In this document: positions 46,774-59,789 of the stretch, piece by piece
Position numbering within the stretch: position 1 is the stretch's first letter
Layout: every line of letters begins with the position of its first letter
Source: an uncultured Alphaproteobacteria bacterium
GTDB lineage: Bacteria; Pseudomonadota; Alphaproteobacteria; RF32; CAG-239
NCBI GenBank assembly: GCA_944391445.1
Contig: CALXTL010000004.1
Location: 20,572 to 84,571, forward strand
Direction: 5' to 3'
DNA length: 64,000 nucleotides
The notes under the pieces: model-generated
Databases searched by the model: none
Seen by the model: the letters and a program-made list of their open reading frames with translations, nothing else
Told to the model about the DNA's origin: nothing
Translations under genes and position numbers: made by a program

Positions 46774-46801
46774 AATATACATAAGTTTTTCGCGCTGTCA
46801 A
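46774..46801 (-). promoter_or_regulatory. Candidate sigma70-type promoter of rplU-rpmA-obg
   Basis: On the minus strand: TTGACA (46801-46796), 16-nt spacer, TATATT (46779-46774), about 40 nt upstream of the rplU ATG. Confidence 0.4.
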
Positions 46802-46898
46802 TAAGAATCTCAACAAAAATTAAATTTTAAAGTTTCCTTTCTTTTTGAGAACACATCGTTGAGATTGCCGGATGACCGTCGTTTTTCCAGGGTGACAT

Positions 46899-47372
46899 TC
46901 ATTTATTTTCACGCTCCAACACGCGGAACAGCTCCGGGCGCATAAAACGGCCGCGCCACAAACCGCGTTTTTCCTTTTTTGCCAAAGCTTCGTCTTCCGC
47001 AAAATCGGGAAGATAGCGCGTATACGCCACCGCCTGGCCGCGCCGCACCATTTCGCGGTTAATATTTACTCCGCCGGCATAGCAAATGGACACCTCCCGC
47101 TTATAACGATCAATTTTGCGCTTGATGCAATCAACGCCGCCGGCCGTCAGAGCGCGCAATGCATTTTCGGCTTCTTTGCCGCAGGCATATGCCCGGTCTT
47201 TCTCATCAAAGCAGGTTTGGTTATACTCCGGCGCATCGATTCCTTCCAAACGGATATTTCGCCCGTCAACCAGCAGACTGTCGCCGTCCAAAACTTTTAC
47301 CTCTGCCCCGAACGCGGCAACCGGCAGACAAACGACCGCCCATAAGATTTTTATCCGTATCATTCTTCTCAT
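46899..47372 (-). CDS. Secreted thermonuclease (SNase) family nuclease
   Basis: Signal MRRMIRIKILWAVVCLPVAAFG, then VLDGDSLLV...IRLEGIDAPE...GLW. ATG at 47372 follows GGGAG. Confidence 0.75.
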   Translation of the reverse strand: MRRMIRIKILWAVVCLPVAAFGAEVKVLDGDSLLVDGRNIRLEGIDAPEYNQTCFDEKDRAYACGKEAENALRALTAGGVDCIKRKIDRYKREVSICYAGGVNINREMVRRGQAVAYTRYLPDFAEDEALAKKEKRGLWRGRFMRPELFRVLERENK

Positions 47373-47529
47373 TTGCACACTCCCGCCATTATTTTGGCCA
47401 TTTTTACACAAGATGCAAGTTTTATCCGCCTTGGGCAGCGAAAATACATTGAATAACCTAAAAAAAACTTTTGGTATTTATTGTTCTTTGTCATAAGATA
47501 AGACATAATTTTTGCAACAAGGATAAACA

Positions 47530-48417
47530 ATGCTCAAAAGATTTTCCGCCAATATTCTTTTTTTGGGAACGCTATGTTGCCTCTGCGGCTGTGACTATCT
47601 GCGCACACGCACGCCGCAGGATATCCTCAGAAATCCTTTCGCGCCGAGTGCAGCCGAATATGCCGAACAGGGGCAGGAAATGCAACCCTATGTCAAGGCG
47701 CCGAGTTCAATTGTTGTCTGTCGTTCGCATCAATGCGCACCGGCCCGGCTTTCCATGTCCAAAGAATACATTTATAACAGCCTGTTGCACCTTTTTGACA
47801 ACAACAACTACCAAAAAGTCTTAATTTGTCAGGCTGATCCGGCATCGCATGTTTGCTTGGAAAATTATATCACTCTGCCGATCACCGCCGGCATTACGCC
47901 GACAAACGCCTATATCGACCATGTCCGGATCACCGATGTCCTGATCGGCAAAAAAGCCAATCGGCTGAATCTGATTTTGAACTATAACCTTACCTACGGC
48001 GGGCAGGTACCTGACTGCACGCCGGCCAAGAGCATCGTTTTTGCCAAAACGGTTGACCATGTTTTGCTTGAAGATTCCGGTTACACCTGCAAAATGACGA
48101 CCATCGGCCAAAGCACGGTTAAAACGGTTCTGGCCATAGATTATATTGATCTTGACTACGGATACATCGGCGGCTTTTATTCCATCGGCATCTCAGGACC
48201 GGCTCATGGCGGCGGCAACGGCTATATGGTTTTGCGTTTGCCGAAAAATGCCTATCCTTTGGCGCCGGCATTGCAAAATCCCAAACAATCGGAACAATCG
48301 AAAGCCGCACAGACAATTTCGGAATACACCGGAAAAACGGAAACTTCCCACAAAAGCGGACGTGTGGAAATTTTCCCGCTGAAAAGCAGTTCTGCCCCCG
48401 CCCAAACCGCTGAATAA
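47530..48417 (+). CDS. Hypothetical lipoprotein
   Basis: MLKRFSANILFLGTLCCLCGCD contains a lipobox. No domain recognised. Confidence 0.5.
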   Translation: MLKRFSANILFLGTLCCLCGCDYLRTRTPQDILRNPFAPSAAEYAEQGQEMQPYVKAPSSIVVCRSHQCAPARLSMSKEYIYNSLLHLFDNNNYQKVLICQADPASHVCLENYITLPITAGITPTNAYIDHVRITDVLIGKKANRLNLILNYNLTYGGQVPDCTPAKSIVFAKTVDHVLLEDSGYTCKMTTIGQSTVKTVLAIDYIDLDYGYIGGFYSIGISGPAHGGGNGYMVLRLPKNAYPLAPALQNPKQSEQSKAAQTISEYTGKTETSHKSGRVEIFPLKSSSAPAQTAE

Positions 48418-48422
48418 AGAAA

Positions 48423-48469
48423 GTATTTCATAAAAAAAGCCCCATTCCGGGGCTTTTTTTATGAAATAC
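48423..48469. terminator. Bidirectional terminator embedded in a 21-bp perfect palindrome
   Basis: gtatttcataaaaaaagcccc-attcc-ggggctttttttatgaaatac. The stop codon of the minus-strand acidic gene (48459-48461) lies inside the right arm. Confidence 0.7.
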
Positions 48470-49634
48470 CATAACTGAAATAACGAACACTCTGATAAAT
48501 CAAAATGCGCTCAATATTCCGAAAGCGGCAAATCTGCTGCCCGTAACGAACGACACCGCTCGCCCCGGGCAAAGCACCGTTGCGGATCTGATAGCGGCGC
48601 ACATCTTCCAGGCTCATTGTCGGACCGCCGTCAAATTCAACCAGCCAGCCATAACTGTCATAACCGACATTAATATGTAATAATCTTGTATCTTCAGTTC
48701 CGATAATTTCTTCCGGCAGATCATTTTTAGAAATTTCAAACATTTCATCATGAACAGAACCGCTATACCATTTAACATAATTGGCCGCCTCGCCGTATAG
48801 CTCACCGACAGGAAGAGAAGCCTCGGAAAAACTTTGCAAATTTTCCGCCGGCTCATCCGGCGCCATCTGCAGACTGTCTTCGGAAACAAAGTCTTCAGAA
48901 GAGGAAGCTGGAAAACCGTCATCCGGTTCAGAATCATTTACTTCAGCTTCATCCGGCATCTCATCCGTAAGAGATTCTTCCTCGCCCGGTTCATCGACCA
49001 CCTTGCCGTCGTCAGCATAATCTTCTGACAAATTCTCTGTTACCGGTGCAGCAATAATATCCGCTTCATGTTCTGCAGAAAAATCATCGTCAACAACCTC
49101 ACTCAATGTCTTTTCGTTTTCCGCAGCGCCAATTTCAGCTTCAACATCATCGCCGACAGCTTCCGGCTCCTCAAACAGCCGATCGGCATTTTTTTCTCCC
49201 TCTGCCAAAGCTGTTGTTTCTCCGGCGGCAATGGTTTCCTGGTCTGCAGCATCCGCATCGGGCACTTTGTCGGAACCCTCAACCGCATCCGCTGTCTCAT
49301 TTCCAAACTCAAACAACGGCGCAGCATTTTCAACCTCCGCCTCGGCAACATCAAACAGATTTTGCTTGTTTTCGTCAGTGCCGCTTTCCGGCTCAGATAG
49401 CGTGCTGATACCAGACAGCCAGTCCTCCATTTTAATATCGGCGATACTTTCGTCTTCGCCGACCATGTTCAGCGGCGCCTCAACCGAGGCATTGCCACCG
49501 GCATCTAAAAACTTATCCAGATTAAAATCAGCGTCCGTCTCCGGCAGATTTTGCGCAGATTCAAATCCGTTCGCAGTTTCCGAAGAATCTGAAATGCCCG
49601 CAAAATCGTCACTGATGTCTTTTGTCTCATCCAT
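48459..49634 (-). CDS. Hypothetical protein: extremely acidic, low-complexity N-terminal region of about 290 aa plus a globular C-terminal domain of about 100 aa
   Basis: ATG at 49634 (MDETKDISDD) lies 20 nt downstream of the histidine-kinase stop. No domain recognised. Confidence 0.5.
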   Translation of the reverse strand: MDETKDISDDFAGISDSSETANGFESAQNLPETDADFNLDKFLDAGGNASVEAPLNMVGEDESIADIKMEDWLSGISTLSEPESGTDENKQNLFDVAEAEVENAAPLFEFGNETADAVEGSDKVPDADAADQETIAAGETTALAEGEKNADRLFEEPEAVGDDVEAEIGAAENEKTLSEVVDDDFSAEHEADIIAAPVTENLSEDYADDGKVVDEPGEEESLTDEMPDEAEVNDSEPDDGFPASSSEDFVSEDSLQMAPDEPAENLQSFSEASLPVGELYGEAANYVKWYSGSVHDEMFEISKNDLPEEIIGTEDTRLLHINVGYDSYGWLVEFDGGPTMSLEDVRRYQIRNGALPGASGVVRYGQQICRFRNIERILIYQSVRYFSYGIS

Positions 49635-49653
49635 ACCGCAGTTACCCTTAATC

Positions 49654-51012
49654 TTACAACGGGATGCCAATCACAACTTTCAGACCGCCGAGCTCACTGT
49701 CATCCAGCGTGATAGTACCGCCATGCGAGGAAATAATATCTTTGGCAATCGACAGTCCCAGCCCGACGCCGCCTGTTTCCTTATTGCGGGAATTTTCCAA
49801 CCGATAAAAAGCCTTAAACACGTCTTCACGTTTATCTTTGGGAATCCCCGGACCATCATCTTCAATAACCAGATTAAGTTTTTTATCATTGCTTTCCAGC
49901 TTGACGGCGATTGTCTTGCCATAACGAAAAGCGTTTGCAATAATATTCGTCACGGCTCTTTTCAAAGCCTGCTCGCGTCCCTGAATAGCGCTGACCTGAT
50001 CATTGGTGGAATAACGAATGAGCGCTTTTTTATTGCGGAATTTATTGATAATGCTCAAAATCATTTCATTCATATCCACAAAAGTGGACTTCTCGCCGCC
50101 TTCACCGCTGACAAACGACAAATAACCGTCAAGCATCTTTTCCATCTCGTCAATATCAGATAAAAAATCCTTTTTGTCATCGCTGTCGGCCATCATCGTC
50201 ACCTGAAGCTTCATCCGAGTCAGCGGCGTCCGCAAATCATGAGACACGCCGGCCAACATTTGGGTACGTTCGCTGATCTGCCGCTGGATACGTTCCTTCA
50301 TCTTGATAAATGCAAGAGAAGCTTTGCGAACTTCCGAAGAACCGGAGGGCTTAAAGTCCTGATTATCAATGCCTTTGCCAAAATCTTCCGCCACTTCTGC
50401 CAGCCGTGCGATAGAGCGAACCTGTATCCGCAGGAACAAAACTGCCACCAAAAACAGTAATATCGACGTACCGGCCATCCAGGCGACAAACATGAAAATA
50501 GAGCTGCTGAAAATCTTTTTCCGTGTAGCCGTAAATTGATACAAACCGTTGTCCGTATCCACAAACACCACCAGATCGCGGTCGCCGTCACCCAGATAAA
50601 TCGAAGTCATTCCTTCGCCGAAAGTTTCATTGAGAGCCTCTTCCAGATAGCCGATAATCAGCTTGCTGCCTTTTCCGGCTTTGTTCATAACCCGGTGTTT
50701 TTTCTGATTGCTGTAATACTCCATATCAACGCCCAAAATCCGGGAAGACATCTGCTGGATTTCTCCCATTTTTCTGGGGTCTTTGGCGGAAAGATCAATC
50801 ACAAACTGCATATCGGAAACCAGATTTTCCGACAAACGTCTGCCCATCCGGCTCCAGCTACCGTCAAAAAACATAACAACCGAAACAATCTGCACCACAA
50901 TCAACGGAATAAAGATCAACAACATTGTCCGGAAAAACAAAGTCCGCGGCAAAAATTTCAAACGCAGATAACGTACTTTTTCTTCCCATTTTGGTGAAAG
51001 TCTGATATGCAT
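49654..51012 (-). CDS. Sensor histidine kinase (EnvZ-like: 2 TM, HAMP, HisKA, HATPase_c)
   Basis: H-box LAGVSHDLRTPLT, N-box NIIANAFRYG, and G-boxes EDDGPGI and GGVGLGLSI. Confidence 0.85.
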   Translation of the reverse strand: MHIRLSPKWEEKVRYLRLKFLPRTLFFRTMLLIFIPLIVVQIVSVVMFFDGSWSRMGRRLSENLVSDMQFVIDLSAKDPRKMGEIQQMSSRILGVDMEYYSNQKKHRVMNKAGKGSKLIIGYLEEALNETFGEGMTSIYLGDGDRDLVVFVDTDNGLYQFTATRKKIFSSSIFMFVAWMAGTSILLFLVAVLFLRIQVRSIARLAEVAEDFGKGIDNQDFKPSGSSEVRKASLAFIKMKERIQRQISERTQMLAGVSHDLRTPLTRMKLQVTMMADSDDKKDFLSDIDEMEKMLDGYLSFVSGEGGEKSTFVDMNEMILSIINKFRNKKALIRYSTNDQVSAIQGREQALKRAVTNIIANAFRYGKTIAVKLESNDKKLNLVIEDDGPGIPKDKREDVFKAFYRLENSRNKETGGVGLGLSIAKDIISSHGGTITLDDSELGGLKVVIGIPL

Positions 51013-51016
51013 AGTT

Positions 51017-51712
51017 TTATTCCTTCATTGCCAATAACATATAACCTTTGCCGCGCACTGTTTGTAAAAAGCGCGGATTTTTTGTGTCCGGTTCGATTTT
51101 TTTGCGCAACCGGGTAATCTGCACGTCGATGGAACGCGGACTTTGCCCTGCGCCAAGCATCTCCGCCAGTGTTTCGCGGCCAAACACCTGCCCCGGCTTA
51201 GCCCCGAGCACGCTCAACAAAGCCTGCTCAACCGGCGTAACATGGATAATACCGCCTTGTTTGTCCATAAGTTCTTTTGTCTGCAGGTTATACAGACACA
51301 GCCCCAGATCAAGACAATTGCCGTTTTCTGTTTTTTCGGCTGGGGTCCTGCGCAAAATATTTTTAATACGCAAGACAAGCTCTTTAGGCTCAAACGGCTT
51401 AGGCAAATAATCATCGGCGCCGCTCTCAAGACCGCTGATGCGGTCTTCGGTTTCGCCCATAGCCGTCAACATAATAACCGGAATATCACTATCCTCGCGC
51501 AGCTTTGTCAAAAATGTCAGGCCGCTCTCCTCCGGCATCATAATATCAACAATCAAAAGATCAAACTGATACTGCCGCATCAAATGCCGCGCTTCCGAAG
51601 CCAGCTTTGCCGTGGAGACATAAAAACCGCTCTCCCGCAAAAACCTTTGCAGGAGAGAGCGTAAACGTGTGTCGTCATCAACAACCAGAATATGTCTGAT
51701 CTCGCTGTCCAT
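51017..51712 (-). CDS. OmpR-family DNA-binding response regulator
   Basis: Receiver ILVVDDD...DLLIVDIMMPEESG...DDYLPKPF. Winged-helix region LSVLGAKPGQVFGRETL...RSIDVQITRLRKKIE...LQTVRGKGY. Confidence 0.9.
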   Translation of the reverse strand: MDSEIRHILVVDDDTRLRSLLQRFLRESGFYVSTAKLASEARHLMRQYQFDLLIVDIMMPEESGLTFLTKLREDSDIPVIMLTAMGETEDRISGLESGADDYLPKPFEPKELVLRIKNILRRTPAEKTENGNCLDLGLCLYNLQTKELMDKQGGIIHVTPVEQALLSVLGAKPGQVFGRETLAEMLGAGQSPRSIDVQITRLRKKIEPDTKNPRFLQTVRGKGYMLLAMKE

Positions 51713-51742
51713 AAAGCTCCTTTTTCAAAAGCCTGCAGGATT

Positions 51743-52432
51743 TTACTTTTTGCCTCTTTTTTTAGCCACGGATACTTTTTTTGCAGCAACAGATTTGGCT
51801 TTTTTGGCCGAGGAGGCCGGGCGTCCGCGCCGAGGCGACGGTTGCTTAAGAGCCGCAGAAGCTTTTTCAGCCTTGGCCGTTTTATTGATCTTACGAATAT
51901 AATCCAGACTTTTCTGAAAATACTGATATCCGGTGATGAACGTAAGAACAGCGGCAACCCAAAGTAAAAATTCACCGATACCGCCCCAATACCAGACACC
52001 TTTCAAAAGCAGCATCGACAATGCCGTCATTTGAAAACCCGTTTTCCACTTGGCCAGTCTGGTCACCGGCATTCCGACTTTAACTTCCATCAAAAATTCG
52101 CGCAGACCGGAAACCAAAATTTCCCGGCACAAAATAACCACCACCGGAATGTAACTCAACTTTGTCTCCAGCATTCCGGGCTTAGCCAGCAACACCACCA
52201 GAGCCGATGCCACCAAAAGTTTGTCGGCAATCGGATCCAACAGCCGGCCAAAAGCGGAAACTTCACCCCGGGCTCGAGCCAGATAGCCGTCAAAATAATC
52301 AGTGATTGATGCGGCAATAAACAAAATTGCCGCCAAAATTGCCCAGAATTGGGAAGTAACATAAACCGACAGGAAAATCAAAGGAATGACCACGATTCTC
52401 GAAATCGTCAAAATATTAGGTAAACTATACAC
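51743..52432 (-). CDS. pgsA: CDP-diacylglycerol--glycerol-3-phosphate 3-phosphatidyltransferase with a 49-aa Lys/Ala/Ser-rich C-terminal extension
   Basis: CDP-alcohol phosphatidyltransferase motif DYFDGYLARARGEVSAFGRLLDPIADK. GTG start. The tail is KINKTAKAEKASAALKQPSPRRGRPASSAKKAKSVAAKKVSVAKKRGKK. Confidence 0.85.
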   Translation of the reverse strand: MYSLPNILTISRIVVIPLIFLSVYVTSQFWAILAAILFIAASITDYFDGYLARARGEVSAFGRLLDPIADKLLVASALVVLLAKPGMLETKLSYIPVVVILCREILVSGLREFLMEVKVGMPVTRLAKWKTGFQMTALSMLLLKGVWYWGGIGEFLLWVAAVLTFITGYQYFQKSLDYIRKINKTAKAEKASAALKQPSPRRGRPASSAKKAKSVAAKKVSVAKKRGKK

Positions 52433-52484
52433 AACAACACCTCGTTTTTAACAATTGATTTTTTTTCATAGTAGATGAGTTTTT

Positions 52485-54320
52485 TTAATTATGAAAGTAA
52501 TTATAGATTTTTTCCGCTGTTTTTTTGCTAATTCCCGAAACTTTTTGCAAATCTTTGATACCGGCCTGAGCAACTTCTTCTGCCGACCCGAAATAGTTAA
52601 GCAAATCGCGCTTACGCCGGGCACCAATTCCTTCAACTTCGTCCAAAGAAGATTTAAAAATTGATTTTCCTCTGCGTTTGCGATGCGTGCCGATGGCAAA
52701 ACGGTGCGCTTCATCACGCAGATTTTGCAGATAAAACGCCAACGGCGACTGAAATTCAAGAGCAAAGCTTTCTTTATCTTTCATATGATAAAACTCTTTG
52801 CCGGCGTTGCGCTCCGGTCCTTTCGAAATGGCAATAATTGCAATGCCGCCCAAATCAAAATCGGCCAGAGCTTCATACACGGCATTAAGCTGGCCGCGCC
52901 CGCCGTCAAGCAGAATCACATCCGGCCGGTTTTCTGCCGACATCCTGAGAAACCGGCGCACCAGAACCTCTTTCATCATGGCGAAATCATCATTGGTAAT
53001 ATCAGGATTCTTAATATTAAAAGTGCGATAATTTTTACGATCAAATCCTTCGGGTGTGGCGACCACCATTGCGCCGATGGCATAACTCCCCTGAATATGC
53101 GAATTATCATAAATCTCAATCCGGCGCGGAATATCCGCCAGCCCGAACTTATCGCGAAAAGCCTGCAAATTACTTTCGACATCGGCCATCAAAGCAACTT
53201 TGCGCGCAATAGATGCTTTGGCATTTTCTCGTGCCGTTTCCGCCAGCTTGGCTTTATTCCCTTTTTGATAAAAAGAGATTTTGGCGCCGGTGGCATCGCC
53301 TAAAAAACCGGCATTTTCCAGCGGCACCCCGACAATAATTTCCCTAGGCGGCACATGTGTTGCATAAAAGCTGCTGATAAAGGCTTCCATGATTTCCGCA
53401 TCAGAAGCATCTTCCGTCTGACTTGGAAAATACGGTGCATTTCCGCAATTTTGCCCGGAACGGATAAAAAATATCTGAAGACAAACCAAATTTTTTTCGC
53501 GCGCAAGAGCAATAATATCTGCAGATTTAATACCGGCATATTCCACATTTTGCTTGGACTGAACAGCGGTCAGCGCCCGGATTCTGTCGCGCAGAACAAT
53601 CGCCGTTTCATAGTCTTCGCGCGCACTGGCTGCCGCCATGGCGGCCGAAAGTTCATCCTGAATTCGGGTATTTTTTCCTTCCAAAAAATCAACGGCTTCT
53701 TCCACCAACCGGCGATAATTCTCCGCAGAAATCCGCCCGACACACGGTGCTGAACAACGCTTGATCTGATATTGCAGACACGGCCGCTGACGGTTATGAA
53801 AAACAGCATCTGAACAAGAACGCAGCAAAAAAGCCTTTTGCAACACGTCAATCACGCTGTTAACGGCGCCAACGCTGGCAAACGGCCCGAAATATTTATT
53901 TTTATCATGGCGTTGACCGCGGTATTTGCGCAAACACGGATAAGCCGACTGTATGTCAATCATCAGATGCGGAAAGGTTTTGTCGTCTTTCAGTAAAATA
54001 TTATATCGCGGCTTAAACTTTTTGATCAGTTCATTTTCCACCAACAGCGCCCGGGCTTCGTTTTCAACAATAATAAATTCCATCCGGGCAATTTGCGCCA
54101 CCATCTGTTTCAGCCGGACCGGCAACTTGTCAATATGTGAGTATGAAGTAATCCTTTTTTTGATGTTTTTGGCTTTGCCGACATACAGAACTTCATCATA
54201 TTCACTGATCATTCTGTATACGCCGGGGCTTTCGGGAGCCACCCGGATGTGGCGTTTCAAATTTTCCAGTCCTTGCTGCAAATCAAACACCTTTTTATCC
54301 CTCCCTGCCGGCAGCTCCAA
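52485..54320 (-). CDS. uvrC: Excinuclease ABC subunit C
   Basis: GIY-YIG N-terminus PGVYRM...VLYVGKAKNIKKRITSY. UVR domain, endonuclease domain and C-terminal (HhH)2. Apparent TTG start. Confidence 0.9.
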   Translation of the reverse strand: MELPAGRDKKVFDLQQGLENLKRHIRVAPESPGVYRMISEYDEVLYVGKAKNIKKRITSYSHIDKLPVRLKQMVAQIARMEFIIVENEARALLVENELIKKFKPRYNILLKDDKTFPHLMIDIQSAYPCLRKYRGQRHDKNKYFGPFASVGAVNSVIDVLQKAFLLRSCSDAVFHNRQRPCLQYQIKRCSAPCVGRISAENYRRLVEEAVDFLEGKNTRIQDELSAAMAAASAREDYETAIVLRDRIRALTAVQSKQNVEYAGIKSADIIALAREKNLVCLQIFFIRSGQNCGNAPYFPSQTEDASDAEIMEAFISSFYATHVPPREIIVGVPLENAGFLGDATGAKISFYQKGNKAKLAETARENAKASIARKVALMADVESNLQAFRDKFGLADIPRRIEIYDNSHIQGSYAIGAMVVATPEGFDRKNYRTFNIKNPDITNDDFAMMKEVLVRRFLRMSAENRPDVILLDGGRGQLNAVYEALADFDLGGIAIIAISKGPERNAGKEFYHMKDKESFALEFQSPLAFYLQNLRDEAHRFAIGTHRKRRGKSIFKSSLDEVEGIGARRKRDLLNYFGSAEEVAQAGIKDLQKVSGISKKTAEKIYNYFHN

Positions 54321-54412
54321 AACAAATTACCATTGCAGACACTATACCCGAAACACAAAAAAACTCCAGCGTTTTTAAACACCGAAGTTTTTATGCATTC
54401 TCACCATTTGCC

Positions 54413-54688
54413 TCAATTCAGATTACGCTTGGCGCACTCCTCTTCCAGCAATCGCAAAATTTCAAGAAAAAGCGGCATATTTATAGCGCCTTCCAAATAA
54501 CAAAAATCATGATACTGCCGACGAGCCCGCAACAGCTTTTCGTTCGAAAACGACATGATTTCCAGCTTCATAGCTTCGCGTTTTTGTTGCATACGCCGAT
54601 TCCAACAATGAAGATATTTGCTGATCCAAAACACTGCAACAACAATGGCGCACATCAAAATAATTAAAAACAGATATCTTTCATCCAT
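54413..54688 (-). CDS. Hypothetical small membrane-anchored protein
   Basis: 91 aa with N-terminal TM LFLIILMCAIVVAVFWI and a predicted helical remainder. Confidence 0.35.
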   Translation of the reverse strand: MDERYLFLIILMCAIVVAVFWISKYLHCWNRRMQQKREAMKLEIMSFSNEKLLRARRQYHDFCYLEGAINMPLFLEILRLLEEECAKRNLN

Positions 54689-54848
54689 AATAAATAGGTT
54701 TTATGATTTGTAACTAATTTTTATCATTAAAACCGAGCCTACATTATTTTTTGCGTTAAAACAATTAAAATCCTATAGCCCTTTGCCGGGATTGAAAATA
54801 ATCTCAGAAGACTTATGTTGATTTTGTTTGATAATACGGAGAAAAAAT

Positions 54849-55109
54849 ATGCTGCTTGAAAAAAAGACCTGTTCCATAGATGATGGCGGTTTAGTCTGTT
54901 CGCCACCGGAAACAAAAGATGTAAAAAACTTTCACATCAGTGAAGTTGATCGCAACATCTTAACCGACTATCTGCCCGAACGGGATAATGCTCAAACTTT
55001 TGCCGCCGATATGTACAACTTCGGTGAAGAAGACAATCTGCCCGACAGCGACCGTATCATGGAATGCCAGATCAAAGGCATCAGTCAGAAAAAATGTCTG
55101 GATATATAA
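54849..55109 (+). CDS. Hypothetical small protein
   Basis: 86 aa from ATG 54849, preceded by GGAGA. A clean terminator follows. Confidence 0.35.
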   Translation: MLLEKKTCSIDDGGLVCSPPETKDVKNFHISEVDRNILTDYLPERDNAQTFAADMYNFGEEDNLPDSDRIMECQIKGISQKKCLDI

Positions 55110-55143
55110 AAAACTTCGGGATTTTTCTTCCCGAAGTTTTTTT
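55108..55143. terminator. Bidirectional intrinsic terminator
   Basis: aaacttcggg-atttttctt-cccgaagttt, flanked by an A-run and a T-run. Confidence 0.6.
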
Positions 55144-55146
55144 ATT

Positions 55147-55467
55147 TCATTTCAAAGAAATCCTGCCACCGGCCATAGAAAAACCGCGCCGCTCCATTTC
55201 TTTTTTCAATATCTCAAGCTTTTCTTTACCCAGAAGAGCCTGTTTGGCACAACGACACCAATTGCTGTAGGTAAGTTTCAGTGCCAAATCATTCATTTTT
55301 CCAACCCGCGCCTGATACTCGGCCAAATCTTCTGCCAGCTTTTTGCGCGCAAGACGCCGGCCGTACCAACTGTCTAAGGCGTAAATAACGACGCAAATCA
55401 GCAAAAACGCAAACATGACCAAACAAAAGATGCCAAATGCGGCCATTGCAGTAATAAAAGGTCCCAT
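55147..55467 (-). CDS. Hypothetical small membrane-anchored protein
   Basis: 106 aa with N-terminal TM AAFGIFCLVMFAFLLICVVIYAL and a coiled-coil-like remainder. Confidence 0.35.
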   Translation of the reverse strand: MGPFITAMAAFGIFCLVMFAFLLICVVIYALDSWYGRRLARKKLAEDLAEYQARVGKMNDLALKLTYSNWCRCAKQALLGKEKLEILKKEMERRGFSMAGGRISLK

Positions 55468-55560
55468 ATTTATTTTTTTTAATTAATTTATCTAATAATA
55501 AAAAAGACGATTCTTTATACCATTTTTCAGCCTCAAATGCAACTTATCTTTTAAATCAAA

Positions 55561-55590
55561 AGGCGCATCCTAAAGAATGCGCCTTTTTTC
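55561..55590 (-). terminator. Candidate terminator downstream of rpoC
   Basis: aggcgcat (55561-55568) pairs with atgcgcct (55577-55584). T-rich tracts on both strands. Confidence 0.5.
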
Positions 55591-55607
55591 AGTCAGACAA
55601 AACCGTT

Positions 55608-59789
<4,182 letters not shown>

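Noticed and set aside
49231-50163. 310-aa plus-strand ORF spanning the junction of the acidic-protein and histidine-kinase genes
   Set aside because: It is antisense to two well-supported minus-strand genes. Its serine-rich low-complexity sequence mirrors the D/E-rich codons on the opposite strand.
54413-55467. The two small membrane-anchored proteins (91 aa and 106 aa) flanking a small plus-strand gene as a possible toxin-antitoxin or paralogous pair
   Set aside because: They share only a general architecture (N-terminal TM plus helical tail). I see no convincing sequence similarity and no recognisable toxin or antitoxin motifs.
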